DNA of 64,000 nucleotides. Origin: Psilocybe cubensis. Its lineage: Eukaryota. The translations under genes and the position numbers were made by a program. Shown here in pieces: positions 25,720-46,399 of the stretch (positions are counted from its first letter, which is position 1; each line of letters begins with the position of its first letter). The stretch is taken from NCBI GenBank assembly GCA_017499595.2, contig CM039004.1, forward strand, positions 1,984,001-2,048,000, given 5' to 3'. The notes beneath the pieces were generated by a model, which was not told where the DNA came from, did not search any database, and was given only the letters and a program-made list of their open reading frames with translations.

Positions 25720-25982
25720 GATACAGCCTTGGACAGTAGTTTTGTATGATACATATCAGTGAAAGATGCATATTATGTTGTACTTGTAGTTCTGTTTTTG
25801 TATACATAAAATATTGCAATGCATATATATATTGGCAAAATTGTTGGGTGACATGTATATTGAAAGCTATTGATACAAAATGAAATGAGTATATCAGTCT
25901 ACACAGATTAGATAGATGGTCATGGATACGAGTACCCTTGATTACAAGTGGAGTCAGTAGAGTAGATTAGTACGACATAGGA

Positions 25983-27272
25983 TTAGATATCTGTCCGCAT
26001 TGCTTGCCACAGCATGGATTTAGCTAAAACCGGAGGTCGGGCAGTAATGCGTTTTCGTTCCGGGTGCTGGAGCCACTTGAAAGCGTTGCCCGAGTGAGGT
26101 CGCCTGTTGGGGACGAGTTGAAGCATGCTGGTTATAGCAGACATAACATTTTTCGGAATTAGAGCCTCCTCTAGTGGGGTGGGTTCTCGGTGGATATCTG
26201 CTAGCTGAGTATGGGTTTTAACCTCGTCATAAGGGATTCGTATAGTATCTGGAGGAGAGCCGGTGTAGATCTGGAATATTGAGTTCATAGTTAGCTATGA
26301 ATTATAGTTGGAGGCGAGAGATAAATGGACGCGTACTTCAATAGCGGTACATCCCAAGGCGAAAATATCACTCGGCATTTTGTACTCTCCGTTGTAGTCG
26401 TGGTAGTAATTATCAATGAGGAAGGATTTGAATCGCTGTGCCGATACAAGTTCGGGTGCTATCCAATTGGCGTACCGTGTCAGGGTGGATTCTGTGGGTA
26501 TGTGCTCTGCGGAAAACTCGCCGAGAACACAGGTGCCGTCTGGGTTGACGAGAATATTTGACTGGTGCGGTTGATTGAAAATTAAGTTAGGTGAGATGGA
26601 CACAGCATTTTTTAGAGTTGACTTACGCCTCGGATCGCTCCGTGCACGATGGAATGCCGATGTAGGTAATCCAATCCTTCTGAAACTTGCACGCACTGAC
26701 GTAGGAAGTCAGCAACAGAAAAATATGACGCATGGAAAACGTACCGCTTTATGTCGATCATATTCTGGATGTTGCAACAAATATTGGATGATAGTGAGTC
26801 TCGGAGGATTTGATACAAGGGTCAACAGGGGCACATCGAGACTGGCGTAAAGACCTTGAATCGCAATGAGATTCTGATGGGGTATACTCTGCCATCTTTT
26901 GACCTTGAAGAGTATATTCTGGGAAACCAAGAGAGACAACATGAGGCGTTTAAAGGAGCGCGCGCGGTCGGGCTACGGGCAGGGCGACTTACGTTGATGG
27001 ATCCCCACCGAGCCTTGGACGAGGTTCCCCCGATGAGCATCGGTCTCAGACGGGTGGTATTATCGTTCGTTGGGCACACAAGGATGACCTTGGAAGCGTT
27101 AGTATTTTTTTTTCGAAAAAAGTATACAAATATAGCACAGTACCTCGCCATTCGAATCGTCAAATTGGCTGGCGATGGCCTTTGTTTTAAACGGTGAGAC
27201 ATATGCATTATGCTGGGAGATTTGATGTATCTCGTTCGGTGTGAGTGTATAGGCGTCGAGGGCGAGATCCAT
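25983..27272 (-). CDS. TKL-like protein kinase-fold protein, probable pseudokinase
   Basis: HQNLI, GLDYLH..IVHGAIRG, SNILV, VLGEFS, WIAPEL, SDIFALG; catalytic HxD and DFG aspartates absent. Exon structure approximate. Confidence 0.65.
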
Positions 27273-27769
27273 AGCTGAGTGGGTAGCAGGAGGGGGATTC
27301 AAGAGCAGAGTGAAGACACAAACGAATTGCTATATAAATATTACCAGGGATATCCGGGCCAGATTTGATTCGGAGAGATCACGCAGGATGAAATACGAAG
27401 AACACAGCCTTGGAGTGTGACATTCCCGGCAACAGCGAAGACAATACAACAAAGATTGCAGCGGCAGATGCGCTATGAATGCACACGGTTGCCCACTGCC
27501 TCTGACCCGACCAGAGATGTGCTGGGTGTAGGTGGACTTTTACCGGGGCTGTGAGGGGGCGGGTGCGGCCAAGAGATCAAGAACGTGTGTGGATGCACAA
27601 CAAAAGGCGCAGAACAAAGACGAGGAACAGGGGCCACGAATAGAAAGGGGCGCACAGGATATGTTTTGTGTATGTTTTGTGTGGTAGCAGAGGAAGAGAC
27701 AGTGTGACGTCACATCCAGTGAGCAAGCGAGTTGCCACGTTCGCCTCTTCTTCTTCTTGTCTTTAGAAA

Positions 27770-28570
27770 ATGCGCCTCCTTCTCTTTTCTTTATTCTTGT
27801 CTTTTCTCTCTGCTGTCCATGCCCTTCATTTCTATCTCGATGCCAATCAGAAACGATGTTTTATTGAAGAGCTTCCCACCGACACCGTTGTAGAAGGTGT
27901 GTCCGCCTCGTCGCTGGCTTTCGTTGTCACAACTTACGCGTGATAAGGCCACTACCGCGCCCTTGAATGGAACGAACAGGAACAAAAATACGGTGAAAAC
28001 CCAGAGCTAGGTATTGTTGTCCTGGTTCAGGTGCGTTGTGCCCCCTCATTGGCAGGCCGATGATGCTCATATTGTTCTCCAGGAAGAACCCTCGGGCCAC
28101 GTCGTGGTGCAAACCACCGGCCCTCTCGACGGAAAATTCACATTCACATCGCACGAGGCGGGCGACCACTCTATCTGCCTCTCCACCAACTACACATCCT
28201 GGTTCAGTCACACTCACATTCGCCTCTACCTCGATATCGTCGTCGGCTCGACGAAACCCGATGTTGAACACGATAGGTCCCACGTCTCCGAACTTGCTTC
28301 CAAAATCCGCGACCTTAATCAGAAGCTGGAGGATATCAGGAGAGAGCAGCAGTATCAGAGAGAAAGAGAAGAGGATTATAGGGATCTCAGTGAGGCAACC
28401 AATGCTCGCGCGGTATGGTACAGCGTAGTGCAAATTCTTGTCCTCGTTACAACGTGTGCATGGCAGCTGCGTCATTTGAAGGTGCGTCTCGTTTATTGAA
28501 CTCGTTTTTGCATTCACTCTTACCATTGACCTTTGTCTAGGCCTTTTTCGAGGACAGGAAGATGCGATAG
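27770..28570 (+). CDS. p24/emp24/gp25L family cargo receptor
   Basis: Signal peptide, ALHFYL..KRCFIEELP, GKFTFTS..GDHSICL, coiled coil, TM segment, HLKAFFEDRKMR tail. Confidence 0.92.
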
Positions 28571-28666
28571 TTTATGTATATTTTATGTCAGTAATGCCCA
28601 TCTTCCTTTCCCCACGTGTGCGCGCAGGTCGTGATTCCGACAGCTATAAAAGGGTAACTCTCCTGA

Positions 28667-30189
28667 TCACTCGCTTTCTATCTTCAACAACACTTTCTTT
28701 CCATAACGGCCTTCCGACATGGCCTCCAATGTCTTCCGAATCTTGACCGTGGCCTCCTCGTCGGTATCTCGCGCCGATATCTGCACAATCTCGTGTTCCG
28801 GCGTATCCAACTGTGACAAGAATAACATTTGAGAAACGAAGAATATTCAACTTGGAGTATGCTTACCTTTTTCTCTTTCATCAGGTCTACGAGCTTTTGC
28901 ATCAAGCCTTCACGCTCGGCAAGTGACCGTTGGAGATACCACCGGCTTTGCCAGAAACCATGGCATGTCAGGTTTTTGAATATGAACAAAGACACGGGAA
29001 GGGATAAAGGTTGCCTTGCCATGGCTCCATACGACACCAAATGGGCATCGTTACCGAGAAAACGAGCCATTGATGTCGTATCCTTCCCTCCTACCAGCAA
29101 AAGACGTCAGCACCATATCTCCTGACTGCTATTCGATAAGATGAGTGGGAATGCGAACGTACCGACGCAATTCAAGCCCAAGCGAATAGGCTTTCCAAAT
29201 GTTATCGTGAGTATATTTGGCGACGGCAAGGGGAGGAAAAAGTACCTTCCCACCCGTCCATGCCTTGATTTTCTCTCTCACGGATTTGTCCGCGAGCTGG
29301 TCGTATGTGAGAACGTGGTCTGCACCCAGGGATTGCAATTTGGAAACGAGTTGGTCGAGGTCGGGTCTGGCATAGGTGCAGGTATACTATGTGAATGAGA
29401 TTTGGACAAGCGTTGCGAAAACCACGAACCTGTCGCGGATGAGATTAATCGTTTTGAGCCCACGCGATTTCGCGATCTGAATTACGGCTTGCCCGACCTA
29501 GTGACAAGTTTCTCAGCAGGGAATCCAAAGATTAGGAATCGGCGCAGCAATACGTACAGCGCTGTTGGCACCGTTCTGAATGACCCAGTCGCCTGGTTTG
29601 AGGTCGACAAAGTCATTGAGCATGTTGTAAGCTGTCGGAGGATTGACCTGTAGTCAAGCCAATGAAACATATTCGACAAGACATGAGAGGACAGACTTAC
29701 GGTCAATGTCGCCGCCTGGGTTTCTGTCAACGCTTCAGCACCAGGGACTTTAGCGACGTCTTCGAACTCGACGTTTCTGTGGGTGGCCCACGTCCCAGCC
29801 TGCTGGCGCGTCATGATGACCCAGTCGCCGACCTTGAGTCCGTGTGAAGCGTCTGTTTGCCCCAGGGCGGTGACCTTTGCGAGCCCCTCGTTCCCACCGA
29901 CATTGAGTGTGCCGCGCTCGTCATCGAAGACGAGCGCGTCTAGCTTGGATGGTTTGGTAGGGTAGACACCCTCGACGACATTGATGTCTGCTGGGTTGAT
30001 CGGTGCGAGGAGGAACTTGATATTGAGAGTGTTGGGTGGTGGCGGAGGGAGATCTGGGTATGTGAGCACGCGCAGGACCTCTGTCGGTGGGCCTGGGATG
30101 GCGTAGACGACTGCGCGGTCTGGACGGACTGTGGAGGTCGAGAAACGACGGGCAAGGGAGACGGAGGATGAGCGCAGGAGGGAAAACAT
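28667..30189 (-). CDS. ETR1: Mitochondrial trans-2-enoyl-ACP/CoA reductase
   Basis: Presequence, [52 protein letters not shown]. Confidence 0.9.
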
Positions 30190-30205
30190 AAGGAGATTGA
30201 TGATG

Positions 30206-33200
30206 TCATTCTATGCTACAATAAGTATACAAAGGTTTTGTACGCGACTTGCACCCAAACACAACAATCTCTGCATTCAGCTTCTGTGTGATAACTTGCT
30301 TGGTCTTGCTGTCACACTCGTCAATAACAATTATTCCTTGCTTCCCACCGCAGTCGTGCAGCAGTGCATTCAGTGTGTGTCTGCGTTCTTCCTTGTCCGT
30401 TTCTTCCTTCCATGATTTGAACACCTCACACATTGTATCCGTTGGAGCAAACCAGTACAGTGCTTTTTTCTTCTTCACTGTCTTGAAACTCTTGCTAGTT
30501 TGCTTGCAAAGACTCGGAGACTGCTCAACACACATCTTTTGTTTCTTGGAACTCATCCGCGGCTTCTCCAGGCTTACAGGCGAAATCAGTCCCGGTGCTG
30601 GTATGTTCGTGGTGACGGTCAATGGTTGCAGGACCGGAGTAACTGGTTCTGGCTCTTCAATCGTGCTCTCAAACTCGGTCGTAAAGCTTGTGTCTTCTCT
30701 TCTTGGTCGCTTGCGACTACCCTCGGGGGAAATGTCTTGATGTCTGTCACTGTCCGAGTCATCGAACCACTCAGCATAAGCCTCGGGTATGGGCACAGTT
30801 GCTCTGCCTTCTCTTGTCTTGCGCTTTCGAATCGGACTTGAGGGCCTTGGTGTCACACACGGCGCACTTACAATGTCCATCTCAGGCGAATTTGCACTCA
30901 AACTTGCTGCATGCACGGGCTTCTTCTTCTTGTCTTGCGCCCACATATCGCTCACCACTCTCTCAACCTCCAGATCTTGAGAATTCACACCGGATTCTGC
31001 CTCCTCACGCCCGACGGATTTGCATGCGATTTTATGGAGAGCTTCGAGCGTCAGTCCTTCTCTCCAGCTGCGCTCGCTGGGCCGATAAACCTTGGTAATA
31101 CGCGGAAATCGCGGTTGGTAGTGCTAGGACAAAAATTAACATTGTGGAAGCTGAATAAATTTCGAGACCTACAGCACTGTTGTGTTCTTTGGTGAACCCT
31201 GCACCAAACATTTCTGCAAGCAGTGGTGTACGCAATAATATTGTTGGTGCAGGATTGAGGCCTGGAAACGACGAGTGTTGATAGGGCAGGTTATCCTTGG
31301 CCTAATTCCATCGTATTCGTCTCTCCAATAAATAAATGCACGCAAAATTTTCTCACCAAAGTCGATTTAGTAAAAGGTACGGTATCAGAGTTTCTGATCA
31401 AAAAGTTAAGCTCCTCTAGATCTTCGCGGGTCAGTCCATACGATACACTGAAATATATGTGAAAGAAAGGTTTGGGGTTCTACGTGTTGCCTGTATCAGT
31501 TTAAACATTTTTCTCAATCGCCAAGAAGCTTACGTTGAGACTCGACCCAGGGGCTAAACCTCCTATGTAGAATGTTGTATACGTCGATGGCGCAACTTGT
31601 CCCATAATCATTATACGTCAAGCTTATTAAATGCAAAAAGGCTTACCTCTTAGGGAACGCCCACGGCTCTTTTCCCAACTTGCAGCAAAAATAACCATTT
31701 TGATGTGATCCTTTGCGTCAGGCATATAATCCTTCTTCAGTTTGACCCAAGGTATGTTCCAGTCGTTATATCTCGATTGTTCAGCTTTGAGAACGAGTCC
31801 TTCTTCATGTTGGTCAATGTGATTCTGAAAGATCCTCTCCAGCTCCTTCTCGGCATGAGAAGGGGAAGTCATGTCTATAGGGTATCGACTGGAGAGGATA
31901 GCCTTTCCTGGAGTTACTTGGATAAGTGACTCCAGAATCGAACGCCGTTCCGAGTACGGCATCCAACACAGGGAATTGTCGTCTAGATACATCACGTCGA
32001 AGAAGACGAGACCTAGGCTGAAACCGCTTTCATCGCAGTTCATGCTATTCAAGGTGTTAAAAGAATGAGAATTACGGGGAGACCAAGACTGACATGGTGT
32101 ATGCGTCTGATTTCTTGTGCGAGCGCCATCTGCGCCTAGATCCTTTCGAGGTATTTGCGACCAGTGACTTGATCCTCCAAAAATCTGTTTATAGTGGTCA
32201 GCGATAATGCCTACTCACACAGAAAGGGATAGAGATCTACCTTCAATTTTGGTGTTTTTAAAAGCCACCATCTCAGCGTCAAAAATGATGTTCCTTTTCA
32301 CCTGACGCTTTCCACCCCGTCTCGGGCGTCCTGGTTTATCCAGTCCAAGAGCACTGAATATTATATTGTGCACAGCGCATCTGTCGGATGTCGAATCCCG
32401 TTTGCTCTTACTGAAGAGGGTGATTTCCAATCTGTTGTTCTCGCCTATCTGTACATGGCCCTGTACTCGTTCGCCATCATATTTCGTCTCACCCCATACT
32501 AACTTTGATTTATAAAAGTAATCCAGGCTTTGTTGATAACTTGTGCCTTTTTGTGATTTTGGCACCTAGCGAAGGTAGGAAAATTTTTTAATTCTCTGAG
32601 AGTACAGTGGATATATGCGGCTCTTACAGCTATCATGGATCCAATGGACGGGCGAACATCTTTCAACGACTTGGTCGGGTTTTCTGCGAACGCTCCAGCT
32701 TTGTCAATACAGCAACAAAACCCATAAAAGCGCAGTAAATGGTTCGAGTCATCCCACGCCTTCATGGCCTGTTGCAGAGTGAGCATCTTGACAGAGGCTG
32801 AATCAAAAGTCGTCAGAGCCGTGGTATAGTGGAATTCATTCAGGGGGTATAACAAAGGCTTCAGATCTTTGAGAATAATTTGGGTGAGAACCGATGCGTC
32901 ATGGGGCGAGAGCGTTCGAAACAGTTTGCGCATAAGATCGCCTCGTTTATACTCTTGTGGGAATTTTTTGTGTCGTATCGAGTCATCGGAGTAAGGCGAG
33001 CTTGCTGCTAGTTGGTCTAACAGTTCAGACACGTCAGATATAGTCAGAGGGCTGATAGCGTTCTGTCCTTCCTCCTAGAGAAAGCAAAAAGATGGTATTG
33101 GCATGCATGGATGGTACATTGGTACACGACGCACCGACGTTCTCTGGTTCAGAACCACTTTGAGCTCTTCCCCAAGGCACCCAGAAGATTCCTCCAAGCT

Positions 33201-33602
33201 CAACGAGTCAAATAGCGCCTCGTTAATGCCATAACACTCCTGTAGAAGCTTGGCCATGGTCTTTTCCTGAATATCGTACCTCCGTCGCCAGTCCTCTTCC
33301 GGAAACAAAAATTTGAAGCATATGGCGGTAGTGCCATGAAGGAGAGGAGAGAATCGGAGACGAAGATTCTCCACCCATTTCTTGAACACGTTAAGGGCCG
33401 TCCTCTCTTGTCCGGACGAAACGCGCGAGCGCTGAGCGCGTCGGGTCCGAGGCGTGGTAGGCGCGATTGACGCTATCTCACGCACAAGCGAGCAGAAGCT
33501 GATAAAGACATCATTCAGCTATGTTATCGAGGAGTAGGTGTATCGAAAAGCTCACTATGTGAAGGGGACACCTGTATGGGGACCATCCTGCTGGTCGGAC
33601 AT
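30206..33602 (-). CDS. ATP-dependent DNA ligase (ligase IV-like paralogue, no clear BRCT pair)
   Basis: FLFPEED.RRRY, QIILKDL, motif I ETKYDGER, FSKS, FDAEMV, FFDVMY, EEGLVLK, WVKLKKDY. Confidence 0.8.
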
Positions 33603-34169
33603 GGATGACTGGAAGCAAGCAACAATAAGGTTGTTTTCAGATCAAGACGCGTCTAATTTAAAACGTAGTCACGCGCGTGCTTAATCTGCGCGTCTTGTGA
33701 CTGATGTGACATTTTTGATGGCCTCAAAATGGAATGATGGCCGGCCCCTCTTCGGGTTTGGTGGTGTGGGCTGATGAGAACCCAAAGAACATATCCGGTC
33801 TTCAAAACAGTTCATCAAGATTCAGGATTCAGATTGCGATGAAAAAAAAAATCTTTGATACAAGGTACAGGACCTATTAGATGTGGATTTAAAAGTAAAT
33901 AAAAAACGACAAGGAGAACATAGGGATATAAGTTGTGCAAGCCAAGAGCGACGAACTACCATGTAGCAAATAGAACCGGGGAATGTTTCGTCAGATAGAA
34001 GAGATGAATCGTATATAGCGTCAAAAGACGTCCAACCGCGCGAAAACAGGCCAAAGAAACGACAAGGGAAAACACACAGAAAGAAAAGGATGGAACCTTG
34101 GTTAGTAAGATGCCGAGAGCGAAAGCGAAGCAGTATGAAAAGCAAACAAGGCTGGCAGAAGAGAGCCAC

Positions 34170-36087
<1,918 letters not shown>

Positions 36088-36424
36088 TATAATTCGTCAC
36101 GGGGTCGTTGGATAGGATATATATTTTGGAAGGAGAGACTGGTATATGGTGAGGATAGGATGTCGGGGGACAGAAGGAGCGGCGTGTGCTGGGAGGGAAC
36201 CTGGTGGATATACAGGGGGTATTGTGGGGGGAATCGTCGGGAACGGCGGGGACTGTAGACTGGGAGAGGGTCTGGGAAAGGGCGACGATGAGGGAGAGAA
36301 TGAGAAAAGCAAATGCAACCCCAGCAACCCAGGTTCCCCCACACCGGCTCCGGTGACAGCCTTCATCCTCTGTCACACTTTATGTAACTCCATCAAAACA
36401 AATCTTACTCTACCGTCGACGACC

Positions 36425-37142
36425 ATGGCCCGTCGTCCAGACTTTCTCCGTCCTCTCGTTCTCTCAGGGCCGTCGGGCGTAGGCAAGAGCACCCTGCTCA
36501 AGAGGCTCTTTGCAGAGTTTCCTGATTCTTTTGGCTTCAGCGTCTCCCGTGCGTCTCTATCTCGTCTTCACCTATCACCTCTCATTTTTCATCAGACACC
36601 ACTCGGGAGCCACGTCTAGGCGAGGTTAATGGCAAGGATTATCACTTTACCACCATACAATCGTTCAGGGAGCTCATTCAGCAGGGCGCCTTCATCGAGC
36701 ATGCCGAGTTTTCCGGCAATTTCTACGGCACCAGCTTCGAGACCGTCCGCCAAGTTCAGCAAGGTGGTCGGCGGTGCATACTTGACATTGAAGCGCAGGT
36801 AATTTTTTCGTCTCGCTTTGTTGTCTATTTTCATTCTCACAGTGTCTCCGATAGGGCGTCCGTCAAATAAAAAAGACCGATCTTAATCCCGTTTATCTCT
36901 TCATCTCCCCACCCTCCATGGCCGATCTGCGTGCTCGACTGCAAGGCCGCGGCACAGAGACTGAGAGCTCTGTTCAAAAGCGTCTGGCAACAGCTCTCAA
37001 AGAAATTCAGTACGCCAAAGAAGACAACGCCCACGACCTTGTCATTGTCAACGACGACCTGGATCGTGCGTATGACCTGTTCAAAAAGGTGGCTCTAGGA
37101 GAGGAGATTGTTAGCGATACCCTTCCTCCTCTGGATGACTGA
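36425..37142 (+). CDS. GUK1: Guanylate kinase
   Basis: [56 protein letters not shown]. Confidence 0.95.
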
Positions 37143-37283
37143 GCAGTACTTAGCACCGTAGACTAGGATTTTTTAGTAAGATACATTTAGACCAAAAATA
37201 TAAATAACAACAGTAACCGGACCGGCCCCGAATTGGTTGATTTTGATTTTCAATCGCGACTTTCACAGTTATCCTTCCCCACC

Positions 37284-43437
<6,154 letters not shown>

Positions 43438-44051
43438 ATAAAAATATTTATATATAGTGTGGTTTCTATTAGAATAAATACCTATTCTAATACCTATTAT
43501 ATATACTGCATAGAGCATTCCACAATTAGGGCAGATTATAGCAAGACTATCTAATAAAATGGGTAGTCTTGCATATTGGATTAGCAAACTGACCAATATA
43601 CCCTTACAATGGTGGTCTGGCCATTAAACATTTTATGTTACATTTATATTTGTATTACTTGTTACATTGAAGAGTTTTATATTATATTTCTTTCAATGAT
43701 ATGGCACCATCTTAGTTTGTATCTTATTTTTTTACCTACTCTTAGTATAAACTATTCTTTTTTATTAGATAGCTACCAAAATACAATACAGTTTGTATCT
43801 ATTGTATTGAGACTATTCTTTTTCATTAGATTATGGTTCCTAGAAAATAGTGAATTAATACATATTTATTTTACTTAACCAACCAGTGTAATGACTAGAT
43901 TTATACATTTGCCATATGTTAGTAAAATGTCTTGTTTGGAGTGATAGTACAATTCCCAAGCAATAGATTGTGATGTTTGTGTTTGTCACTAGGAGGGAAG
44001 CAAAGCTATTATCACTCTTTACAGAATAGCACAAGCTTTGAAATAGATGTG

Positions 44052-45345
44052 ATGCATATCGGCAAAAGTGACAGGATCCCCAAATTCCTTGAAAGGTCAT
44101 TTGGAGGTGTCCAAATGCCCCAAGGCCCAAATGGCCTTTTAGATTGACTAACAAGAGACTCGGAATCTTGAAATACTATAAATCATTTAATAAACCCAAT
44201 ATTTTAGCTAGATTTAAATTTAATCAAATCATTTAGGTAAAATTTGGGAGACGCAAAAACATTTGGATAACATTTAAGTTGCATTTGAGAGTTCTAAAAA
44301 CATTTAGGGTTCACTCAATGTTGACACAATAATATGTTTTGCATATTTCTACTCCTGGCAGCCACTTCATGTATTCACACAACAGGATGTAACAATTCAA
44401 AGAAAGATTTTATTGAAAAAAATTTAAACCAACAGAGGCTACATAGAAAACGGATTCAAGTTCATACAATCTGGGAAAAAGTGACGGAGTCACGTGATTG
44501 AATTGATGCACTATAAGGTTGATGAGTCATGGTCAAATAAATGTAAATATATGCGCATATACATACCAATGAGGTGACCAGAATAGTTGTCTGGTTAATA
44601 GATACACTCTAGAAAAGGAAGTAATCAAGGCAGAGGGAGAAAAGCCATGAAAAGGTATAAAACAGTCAGTTAGGCTTGTGTGATGAAAAAGAGAGCATGT
44701 CTTTCACCTTTTCGGCTCTATTAACAGTTTTGAGGTGCAGAAAGAGGCATAGCAGTGGTAATTGAAACCAGAGAGCGCCGTCGTCAAAGTGGTGGACATG
44801 AGAGGGTAGAAAGAAAGCAACTTGGGTGTGTCTCAGATTTTTATGCTCAAAACAGATGTTCAGTCTCCAATTTAATTTATCAGTGGAGACAGGCTTCTCT
44901 AATTTATATTTCTTAAAGTTAAATTTCCCATGTACATGTAATTCTTATGACAATGGTGTCGTATTGGAAACAACCTGCTAGCGTCATAGGTATTACATGT
45001 GTTCAGTAAAATTTCTTGTACCTAAATTATTTTGAACATATTTGAAGCCCTTTAATCATCTGTATCAACAAAAAGTTGAATTTAATGTTTTATTCTTTGT
45101 TTTTATTTTTAATCAATTGTTCCCTGCAAATCATTAAGAGATAAATGTAAGTACATGGAATATTTTGTACTGAACTTTGAGGTGTATAAATGTTTGTGGA
45201 GCATTCAAATGCTCTCCAAATGTTTTGTGCACCTCTAAATTTTAGTGAAATGTTTTTGTGTAACTTAATATGTCACGCAAAACATTGACCTACTTAAAAA
45301 GGCACAAAAGGCATTTGGATATCTGGTCACTTTTGCTGATGTGGA
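44052..45345. mobile_element. Decayed non-autonomous TIR DNA element
   Basis: ATGCATATCGGCAAAAGTGACAGGATCCCCAAATTCCTT (~44052) resembles the reverse complement of ~45305-45345; a second inverted block pairs ~44225-44285 with ~45200-45257. No ORF inside. Confidence 0.55.
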
Positions 45346-45546
45346 TGAGTAGTATACACAGTACTGCATACCAGTTATAACTATAAAAAGGCTATTTCAC
45401 CTCTAATTCACAAATACAAGTAAGAGTGCTTGTTAAAGTTGTGTGCACACACTTATTTTTCAAGTCTCTTGGTATAAACAGTCTTGTTCAGAGATGAGAT
45501 TCTCCCTTAATAGGTATGGGGGTGGACCCTCAAAGTCTCAATAATC

Positions 45547-45632
45547 AAACTGCAACCCTCTTGGTTACAGGTGCCCTCTTGGCTAATAAATAATTGAAAC
45601 TGCAACCCTCTTGGTCACAGGTGCCCTCTTGG
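45547..45632 (+). repeat. Direct repeat, two 36-bp copies, 50-bp period
   Basis: AAACTGCAACCCTCTTGGT(T/C)ACAGGTGCCCTCTTGG at 45547 and 45597. Confidence 0.85.
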
Positions 45633-46399
45633 ATATAACATAAATAGAGTGGGAGCTCTTTCCTTGGAAAAGAACTTGCAGACCCACGCCGGTAGCCTCT
45701 TGCCCTGATCACTTCCTGGGCGCTAACTCAGAACGTGTAGAAAATGACTTGCAATACAAGTGCTCTTAAGCACTAGAGTACTTTATATCCAAGTCCAGGT
45801 CAACTACACTTGTGTTTTCCTTCACTTTGACAATAAGCTTGTCTGCAAAACAACTTATCACACTATTTGAATGTGGGGGTTCAGAATAAATTAGTACTCT
45901 TGATTTTTGGATATGAAATTGCTTGTCCTTAGACTACAACTTGTCCAATATAGGCCATTTTTTTTATTTTTTATTTTGTATTATAGCCTCTGAGGGGTGG
46001 ACCCCTCCCTTGGCTTGGTACGTACTACTATCTACAACACTCCGATGGCGTTTTTGCTGTCCTTGACCTCCTTTTGTGCTACAGAGGGCCCTCACATCCC
46101 CCTTCAAAGCCCAGCCCTTCCTTGGACTGTTTGCGAGAGCGTCTCAAGCTTTCTATAGACTCTTTCCTCAGCCTCTTTTCTTCTTACAGTGACTCTGTCA
46201 TTGGTGTTTGTATCCTCTTATCTCCTTTCCTCTCCCTCCTCCTTATCTAGTCCCCTCTGTAGTATGTCCTCTTTGTATGGTCGTAGCCTCTTTGTTTTCG
46301 CAATAAATTTTATTAGTGCTTTTACATGACTGGTTTTTGTGGTGAGGTCCATTAAGTTTAGGCTTTGCTCGCCTATCTTGTCCCACATTTCTTGTCGCT

